From positions 82,986-146,985 of the forward strand of contig CAYXPY010000001.1 in NCBI GenBank assembly GCA_964467345.1: DNA of 64,000 nucleotides. Direction: 5' to 3'. This document shows positions 57,649 through 64,000 of this stretch, piece by piece; position 1 is the first letter of the stretch, and every line of letters begins with the position of its first letter. Source of the stretch: an uncultured Thermoplasmatales archaeon (lineage in GTDB: Archaea > Thermoplasmatota > E2 > DHVEG-1). The notes under the pieces were generated by a model. The model did not search any database, was not told the DNA's origin, and saw only the letters and a list, made by a program, of their open reading frames with translations. The translations under genes were made by a program, and so were the position numbers.

Positions 57649-58481
57649 TATGCATCCCGAATCGCGTCAGCAATCTGCAGGGCTTGTTTACATTCTTTGA
57701 CATCATGAACACGAACAAGGTTTGCCCCGTTCAGAGCTGCGATAGCTACTGCTGCAATGGTCCCCCAGAGACGTTCTGTGACCGGCTGTCCTGTGATTTC
57801 TCCGATGAATGCTTTCCTTGAGGGACCGACCAGAATCGGGCAGCCAAGGTTCTGAAACGTGTCTAAGTGCCGAAGGATCTGAAGATTATGAGGGACTGTT
57901 TTTCCAAAGCCAATCCCAGGGTCTATGATAATCTGCTGTATCTGTTCATTATGGGCGGTGGTGATCTGTTTATGAAAAAACAAAGAAATCTCTGAAAGAA
58001 CATCGTTGTAGAACGGGTTCTTCTGCATAGTTTTTGGTGAACCTTTCATATGCATAAGAACAACAGGGACGTTATACTTGGCTATGGTTCTCCTCATTTC
58101 TGGATTTGTCAACCCGGTGATATCGTTTATGAGATGAGCACCTGCATTCAGACAAGCCTCCGCAACCTGAGGCTTGTGGGTATCAACCGAGAGGGGAACA
58201 GACACCTCATCTAAGAGTTTCGTTATCACAGGCAATATCCTGTGTATCTCTTCTTTTTCAGAGATTGGTAGAGACCCGGGTCGCGTGCTTTCTCCACCGA
58301 CATCAATGATATCCGCCCCCTCAGAAGCCATTTTTTTCCCTTGCTGCACGGCAGTATCGACATCCGTGAACACTCCTCCATCAGAAAACGAGTCTGGGGT
58401 GACGTTAAGAATGCCCATGATAAGGGTTTTGTCAAATCTTAAAGAATACTCTCTACAGATGATCGGTGGTAGTGTCACCAT
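57648..58481 (-). CDS. folP: Dihydropteroate synthase.
   Basis: IMGILNVTPDSFSDGG pterin-binding motif. About 277 aa. Confidence 0.9.
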   Translation of the reverse strand: MVTLPPIICREYSLRFDKTLIMGILNVTPDSFSDGGVFTDVDTAVQQGKKMASEGADIIDVGGESTRPGSLPISEKEEIHRILPVITKLLDEVSVPLSVDTHKPQVAEACLNAGAHLINDITGLTNPEMRRTIAKYNVPVVLMHMKGSPKTMQKNPFYNDVLSEISLFFHKQITTAHNEQIQQIIIDPGIGFGKTVPHNLQILRHLDTFQNLGCPILVGPSRKAFIGEITGQPVTERLWGTIAAVAIAALNGANLVRVHDVKECKQALQIADAIRDA

Positions 58482-58873
58482 AAGTATTCCAAAATGACGA
58501 CGACCTATTAATACTCAGTGATAGAGTGGAAAAACCATGACTATTTTGTAAGGAAATCAAACGGTGACTAATAACTGAAATGGTGACCTAGGAAGAGGAT
58601 TAATCAAGGAGCTGAATTATTATTTAGAATTATTATATAATTTGATAACAATTGTACAACAAGACTTTATAAGGAGCAAATCAACCCCTTTACTGCATGA
58701 TAGTAATCGGACTTTTATCCACGGAAGAAGAAGCACAGGAAATCCAATTTATTGCAAAGATATGTACCGTCGAGAACCGTATTCGCTATCTTGTGCATGT
58801 TGATCGGATAAAACGGCTTGCCGACGAGCAACACAGCCTATAACGTAAATTACAAAAACATCCTTTTTGTTGT

Positions 58874-59758
58874 ATGGATTCGATGACCGTACTGATTATT
58901 TCTTCAACAGAGGATCCTGCAAGTATAAATATGAAACAAGGGCTTTTAGAACAAACAACATGGGAGGAACAGGGAACCTTCTACAACTTCCCTGTCCTAA
59001 GACATTGTTTCATGAAGAATCTTATGTTAGTCACAATCCCGGATAAAAAAATACGGCATGAAAACATCGATCTTGAGATTGAAGAACAATTACATCTCAC
59101 CCCCAAGATAGCTATTTTTCTGTCAAGACATCGCAGTAAAATGGGGGAACCAACTCTTACGGTTCATCCTATTGGTAATTACGGGGATGCAGAGTTTGGG
59201 GGGAAACCAAAAACCTTAGTACGTGCGGCCCCAAGGATGATGACGCATCTTCTCCGGCTTATTAAAAAAAACCTCATGACAACGAGTCTTGAGTATCAAG
59301 TCTGTTACGAGGTGACTCACCATGGACCGTTTTTAAGGATCCCAACACTGTTTGTTGAGGTGGGAAGCACGGAGGAACACTGGCAGAAAAAGGAGCCTGC
59401 ATCGGTAATCGCAACGTCCCTGCTGGAATTGTTTTCAAAATATCACTATGAAGAAGACTATCCAAAGGACATCCCTGTGTTGATTGGGATTGGCGGGGGG
59501 CATTATGCACCTCGATTTACCGATGTCGCGTTTCAGAAAAACATTGCTTTTGGTCATATGATACCATCGTATCATATTGACGTGGGAAACATCGATTGGA
59601 CGATGATCCAAGCAGCGATACAAGCCACACCTGATACGTCTGGGGTCTATCTTCATAAGAAATCATTGAAAAAATCACAGGTCACCAGTTTTAGACAGAT
59701 GATAAGCGATCATGGCATCCCCGTCGTCTCTAGTGACGAGTTACCTGCCTTGATGTAG
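58874..59758 (+). CDS. dtdA: D-aminoacyl-tRNA deacylase, archaeal type (DTD2).
   Basis: About 290 aa, with SRHRSKMGEPTLTVHPIGN and GGGHYAPRF segments characteristic of archaeal DtdA. Confidence 0.7.
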   Translation: MDSMTVLIISSTEDPASINMKQGLLEQTTWEEQGTFYNFPVLRHCFMKNLMLVTIPDKKIRHENIDLEIEEQLHLTPKIAIFLSRHRSKMGEPTLTVHPIGNYGDAEFGGKPKTLVRAAPRMMTHLLRLIKKNLMTTSLEYQVCYEVTHHGPFLRIPTLFVEVGSTEEHWQKKEPASVIATSLLELFSKYHYEEDYPKDIPVLIGIGGGHYAPRFTDVAFQKNIAFGHMIPSYHIDVGNIDWTMIQAAIQATPDTSGVYLHKKSLKKSQVTSFRQMISDHGIPVVSSDELPALM

Positions 59759-60673
59759 GTGTTGGTTTGCGAGTTGATGGGCACGGCGCAATGGCTCTGG
59801 GTTTTTCGTTTGACAGAAGTGTTTGACGACATCTACACTTGTTTTGAGAGACACACGATGTCCTGGTGAAACATAAATGGGTCGAACGTCTTTTCGTAAG
59901 GAAAACGCATATCCCCTGCTTTCAGAATCGATGATCACCTGAGAATCTCGTATGGTGCCATAGAGAAGGGTTTTTGCCACACCAATCGTCGGTATGTCCA
60001 GAGTAATTCCTGCATGAGATGCAAAGCCACACCGTGCAGGATGGATGATGCCGTTTCCATCAAGTAATACCAGAGAGGGTTTTAATCGGAGCTTACTAAC
60101 CAGTGTGTGGACAAGCGGAAGTTCCCTATATGAAAAATACGTTGAAATGAATGGAAAATCCGTCCGTTCGAATACCACGGATTCTTCGAGAACATTCATG
60201 TGTGTATAGTCAAGAACAACACAGGCTCCACAGGCTTCATCAAACTCATTATCAGGATAGGCGACGTCAATACCAGCGACGGTTTTGATATCAGTAAAAT
60301 CATCAGTCAGTGAGATTTTTTTACTGAGCTGGATTTGTTCCTCACGGAGCTTTTTCAAAGGATACGTTGTGTTAAAATCATCAAAGAATACGTTGTCAAA
60401 ATCAACAATCCTGCCGTTTTCAACGGAAATTGAGTCCTGGTGTAATCTCCGTATTTTATCCTGTATACCTAAGCCAAACCCACCGAGTCGTCCATCGGAA
60501 TAGACGATTTTAAAGCAGGGCATGTCATCAGCATTTGGATTCTGGTTCATCATACGGCCTACAGCTCTCGCTGCGATTTTATCACCTAATGCAACCGCGA
60601 CCGCCCCATAGGTGGAGACCTTTCCAGGGGGGATTTGCCGTACCAAATCGTAGGTGTACTCAAAAAGATTCAT
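59741..60673 (-). CDS. nfi: Endonuclease V fused to an N-terminal MGMT-like (O6-alkylguanine alkyltransferase fold) domain with an altered active-site motif.
   Basis: C-terminal EndoV motifs GIDVAY, LLDGNGIIHPARCGFASHAG, PTIGVAKT. The N-terminal ~95 aa (TYGAVAVALGD...AARAVGRMMNQNP...MPCFKIV...GRLGGFG) match the MGMT C-domain, with PCHR replaced by PCFK. Confidence 0.8.
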   Translation of the reverse strand: MNLFEYTYDLVRQIPPGKVSTYGAVAVALGDKIAARAVGRMMNQNPNADDMPCFKIVYSDGRLGGFGLGIQDKIRRLHQDSISVENGRIVDFDNVFFDDFNTTYPLKKLREEQIQLSKKISLTDDFTDIKTVAGIDVAYPDNEFDEACGACVVLDYTHMNVLEESVVFERTDFPFISTYFSYRELPLVHTLVSKLRLKPSLVLLDGNGIIHPARCGFASHAGITLDIPTIGVAKTLLYGTIRDSQVIIDSESRGYAFSLRKDVRPIYVSPGHRVSLKTSVDVVKHFCQTKNPEPLRRAHQLANQHLHQGR

Positions 60674-60750
60674 ATAGAAACATCAATTATGCGGTGTATA
60701 TATTTTCCCCTGTATACTCCTGAAGATAAATCTGGAGAATTTGAACTCGT

Positions 60751-61551
60751 ATGAACAGCATTAAATTTCTTGGGACCGCGGGAGCACGGTTTGTTGTCAT
60801 GAAGCAGCTTCGGGCGTCGGGAGGAATCTGGTTGACCCTGGGGGGGACACAGGTCCTTGTTGACCCTGGCCCGGGTTCACTGCTTCATTGTCTCACAAGT
60901 AGACCAAAACTAAACCCCCAGGACTTGCAGGGAATTATCCTTACCCATCGTCATCTGGATCATTCCAATGATGTCAATATAATGATTGAGGCGATGACCA
61001 ATGGTGGATTTAATAAAAAGGGGGTCGTGTTTGCCCCAAGAGACGCTCTTGAAGATGACCCAGTGGTCTTACAGTACGTGCGTCAACAGCTTCAATCAAT
61101 TGAGGTTCTGAAAGAAAAAGGCCGCTATGAGATAGGGAACATCGTTTTTGAAACACCGATACCTCTGAAACATGGGGTTGAAACCTATGGCATTAATTTC
61201 AAAACGAAGGGGAATACGATTTCCTTGATTACCGATACCGATTATTTTCCTGGTCTTGCATCGTATTTTACGGGGGAGATACTTATCATAAATGTTGTGT
61301 TGATGGATGATAAAAACGCCATTGAGCATCTATGTTTACAAGAAGCTGAACAAATCATTAAGGAAAACAAACCACGACTAGCGATTCTGACTCACTTTGG
61401 TATGGGGCTGGTCAAAGCCAAACCATGGGAAATTGCTGAGAAGATGACGAAAAAACTGGGAATTGAGGTCATTGCAGCCCGAGATGGTATGACAATCGAT
61501 ATAGAATCGTATACAAATAGTTATAATTCTCAACATCGATATCAAAAATGA
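60751..61551 (+). CDS. MBL-fold metallo-hydrolase.
   Basis: ILTHRHLDHSNDV (HxHxDH) motif. Confidence 0.75.
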   Translation: MNSIKFLGTAGARFVVMKQLRASGGIWLTLGGTQVLVDPGPGSLLHCLTSRPKLNPQDLQGIILTHRHLDHSNDVNIMIEAMTNGGFNKKGVVFAPRDALEDDPVVLQYVRQQLQSIEVLKEKGRYEIGNIVFETPIPLKHGVETYGINFKTKGNTISLITDTDYFPGLASYFTGEILIINVVLMDDKNAIEHLCLQEAEQIIKENKPRLAILTHFGMGLVKAKPWEIAEKMTKKLGIEVIAARDGMTIDIESYTNSYNSQHRYQK

Positions 61552-62540
61552 TGACGATACGGGCACTTCTCCCAAAATACCACGCCATTCTCGAAGAAAA
61601 TGGGCTTGCTCGCTATCTTGATTGTAAACAGGTTCCTGTGTCATTTCAGAAATCCCAATCGACCGAGGACCTATGGTGTATCCATAGGAAAGCCCTTGAT
61701 TCGTTAAATGTGCAAAATACGGCACCGGAACTATCGCTTCTTGACCTTAAAATCGAGCTTGCGGAGCGTCTCTTCCAGGCATGTTGTTTCTGTGAACGCA
61801 GATGCAAGGTTGATAGAAGAACAACCACAGGTATCTGTGGTGTGCAAGAATCCCATATCGCTCTTGAGTTCCTGCATTATGGCGAGGAACCGGTGCTTGT
61901 CCCTTCACATACAGTCTTTTTTTCAGGTTGTACTTTTCATTGTGTGTTTTGCCAGAATTGGGATATCAGTCAGGTTCCTTGTGGAACGATCATCCCACCA
62001 AAGCAGCTCGCATCAACGATACAAGAAAGGAAAAAACAGGGTGCTCGGAATGTGAACTGGGTGGGCGGGGACCCGACGTGTCATCTTCTATATATTCTGA
62101 AGGTTCTGAAGCTGTTGGACAGTAATATCGCGCAGGTGTGGAACTCAAATATGTACTGCTCTGAAGAGACCATGACATTGTTAGATGGAGTGATTGACAT
62201 CTACCTTACAGATTTCAAATATGGCAATGATTCCTGTGCGAAGAGGCTTTCTGATACCGATGGATATCTGTCTGTTGTGAAAAGGAATCATATGTTAGCC
62301 TACAAGCAGGGTGAAGTCATCATCCGGCATCTGGTTCTCCCGAATCATGTTGATTGTTGTTCAAAACCAATCATTCAATTCATCGCAAAACAGCTACCTG
62401 ATGCGGTCGTAAATATCATGGATCAGTATAGACCTGAATATATGGCCTATGAATACAAAGAGATATCCAGACCAACATCACCAGGGGAAGTCGCACAGGT
62501 GAGAAAATACGCAGAGAAGCTAGGAATTCACCAGCTATAG
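61548..62540 (+). CDS. Radical SAM protein, PflX-like (COG1313) or AmmeMemoRadiSam-type.
   Basis: CFCERRCKVDRRTTTGIC N-terminal Cys cluster and radical SAM CTFHCVFC. ATGA overlap with the MBL gene. Confidence 0.65.
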   Translation: MMTIRALLPKYHAILEENGLARYLDCKQVPVSFQKSQSTEDLWCIHRKALDSLNVQNTAPELSLLDLKIELAERLFQACCFCERRCKVDRRTTTGICGVQESHIALEFLHYGEEPVLVPSHTVFFSGCTFHCVFCQNWDISQVPCGTIIPPKQLASTIQERKKQGARNVNWVGGDPTCHLLYILKVLKLLDSNIAQVWNSNMYCSEETMTLLDGVIDIYLTDFKYGNDSCAKRLSDTDGYLSVVKRNHMLAYKQGEVIIRHLVLPNHVDCCSKPIIQFIAKQLPDAVVNIMDQYRPEYMAYEYKEISRPTSPGEVAQVRKYAEKLGIHQL

Positions 62541-62545
62541 AATTG

Positions 62546-63418
62546 TTATACCTCGAGGTCTTTTTCTAGTACAATTGTTGCTTTTCCCCCGACTTTGACT
62601 TCGTCGTCTCGAATCTCTACAAAGACACGCCCGGGTCTGCCGATACTGTCACCTTGTTCACAAATGACTTTGTTCTTTTTGATTAGGTGATTCTTCGCAA
62701 GATAACTGCAGACAGCGCCATTTGCAGTACCGGTGACAGGATCCTCCTGTATTCCGTAGAGGGGGGCGAAGTTCCTGGCGTGATACACGGATTGTGGGTC
62801 GATGGTCTCAAAACTAAACACATGGAAGCTTCCCACTTGTATCTTCCGACAGACGTCAGCTACTTTGCGATAGTCAGGTTTCATATTTCTCAGAAGGTCA
62901 AGTGATTTGATACAGACGGGTAAGGTGAACAGACCGGTAGAGACACTTTGTTTTGGTAGTGTATCATCGATATCACGGACGTCAATCTGGAGAGAATCGG
63001 CAATTAAAGATATATCAAAATATATATTTTTATATATCGGTCTTGCCTGAGTCATCATCACCCTGTCAACCAGCCCATCACCAGAACGAAAAACAGAGAC
63101 AGACAAGATACCTGCTTTTGTCTCCTGAGTAAAGACCGCGGTTTTCTTCGACAATCTCCCCCGAGAAGCCAGAGTAAAAAACGTAGCAATCGTCGCATGC
63201 CCACAGAGGTCAACTTCGACGCTTGGTGAAAAGAACCTCACTTTACAATCTGCAACGTTGCTTGGAAAAACAAAAGCGGTTTCAGAGACAGACAGTTTTT
63301 TTGTTACCTGCTTCATCTGTTCATCTGATAACATTGGTGAATCAACCACGACCCCTGCAGGGTTCCCCCCTTGTGATGATTCTGAGAAAGCGTTGACTTT
63401 ACAGACCGTAACGTTCAT
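62546..63418 (-). CDS. PhzF-family isomerase-like protein.
   Basis: MNVTVCKVNAFSESSQGGNPAGVVVD...SETAFVF...LCGHATIA is the PhzF/DAP-epimerase-like signature. Confidence 0.7.
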   Translation of the reverse strand: MNVTVCKVNAFSESSQGGNPAGVVVDSPMLSDEQMKQVTKKLSVSETAFVFPSNVADCKVRFFSPSVEVDLCGHATIATFFTLASRGRLSKKTAVFTQETKAGILSVSVFRSGDGLVDRVMMTQARPIYKNIYFDISLIADSLQIDVRDIDDTLPKQSVSTGLFTLPVCIKSLDLLRNMKPDYRKVADVCRKIQVGSFHVFSFETIDPQSVYHARNFAPLYGIQEDPVTGTANGAVCSYLAKNHLIKKNKVICEQGDSIGRPGRVFVEIRDDEVKVGGKATIVLEKDLEV

Positions 63419-63424
63419 AACAAA

Positions 63425-64000
63425 TCATCGTTTAAAGTTCCATTCCTCGGTTAAAAAACATTCTTTTTCAAATTTTTTTGCTAAAGAACGCTCTTCGTCA
63501 CATAGAGTTCCTTCATTCAAGTCCACATGGAACTCCTCTTCAAACCCCTTTTTCATCGCAGAGGAGACTTCCTCAAAACCGACATCCCTTCCAACCACAT
63601 GTCGTATGGATGTGACCCTCTGTTTCACATCAGCAATAAGCTTATCCTTCATCTTCTCATTTGGCACTTTTAACAATGAAAACATTTTTTCAACATCAAC
63701 ATCCATCAGGATAGTACCATGTTGGAGCACTGTTCCAGCTTTTCTAGTCTGAGCGTTCCCTGAAATCTTACGCCCACCAGCAACAATATCATTGATAGGA
63801 GCATAGACACTCTCAATTCCCAGATACTCTAATCCTTTGATTATCGCTCCGCAAATCCGTCCATAGCTTTTCAGGATGCTTTTAGGAATTTCTGGATGAG
63901 ATTCAGGAACCACGATGCTGTACGTAACTTCTTTTTCATGAAAAACAGCACCCCCACCAGTGATCCGACGCACATAATTAACACCAAGCTTCACACAGGT
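63425..64000 (-). CDS. Lipoate-protein ligase/octanoyltransferase family protein. N-terminus lies beyond the window edge.
   Basis: RRITGGGAVFHE and KISGNAQTRK motifs of the LplA/LipB catalytic domain. The open frame continues to the window end, so the true start is upstream. Confidence 0.6.
   Translation of the reverse strand, partial: TCVKLGVNYVRRITGGGAVFHEKEVTYSIVVPESHPEIPKSILKSYGRICGAIIKGLEYLGIESVYAPINDIVAGGRKISGNAQTRKAGTVLQHGTILMDVDVEKMFSLLKVPNEKMKDKLIADVKQRVTSIRHVVGRDVGFEEVSSAMKKGFEEEFHVDLNEGTLCDEERSLAKKFEKECFLTEEWNFKR

Noticed and set aside
1-64000. CRISPR arrays, IS elements/transposases, rRNA genes.
   Set aside because: No regularly spaced direct repeats with unique spacers, no transposase-like ORFs, and no rRNA-like GC-rich blocks were seen anywhere in the window.

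Overview
This is an AT-rich archaeal chromosomal segment. The gene content suggests a Thermoplasmata-like euryarchaeon, which is inference only. Coding density is high on both strands.

Recognisable housekeeping genes are the archaeal membrane LonB protease, NMN adenylyltransferase, CCA-adding enzyme, ArgRS, and the r-protein/transcription block S27ae-S24e-DUF359(DPCK)-Spt4-RpoE divergent from S6e-aIF2gamma-PIN. Others are a YchF-type GTPase, LigT, HtpX, archaeal DTD, a folP-folK-PTPS operon, a tRNA-Arg(CCG), and an intron-containing tRNA-Met(CAT).

Accessory content:
- An isoprenoid/lipid cluster with three UbiA-family prenyltransferase paralogs, a geranylgeranyl-reductase-like flavoprotein and a CrtI-like oxidoreductase. 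A fourth UbiA gene sits in the folate operon.
- A multi-PAS histidine kinase with receiver-only response regulators.
- Two tandem divergent modules, each a single-domain KaiC-like ATPase paired with a paralogous ~80-aa protein of unknown family.
- An endonuclease V fused to an MGMT-like domain with an altered PCHR motif.
- Several large exported proteins. Two unrelated hydrolases share a C-terminal PKD-like domain plus a conserved tail.
- A ~3.2-kb segment downstream of tRNA-Met, bounded by a degenerate copy of the tRNA 3' end. It carries three secreted proteins of unknown function, a 27-nt A-tract and a GC-rich structured stretch. This looks like the remnant of a tRNA-targeted integrated element with no integrase.

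No CRISPR array, transposase or rRNA is visible.
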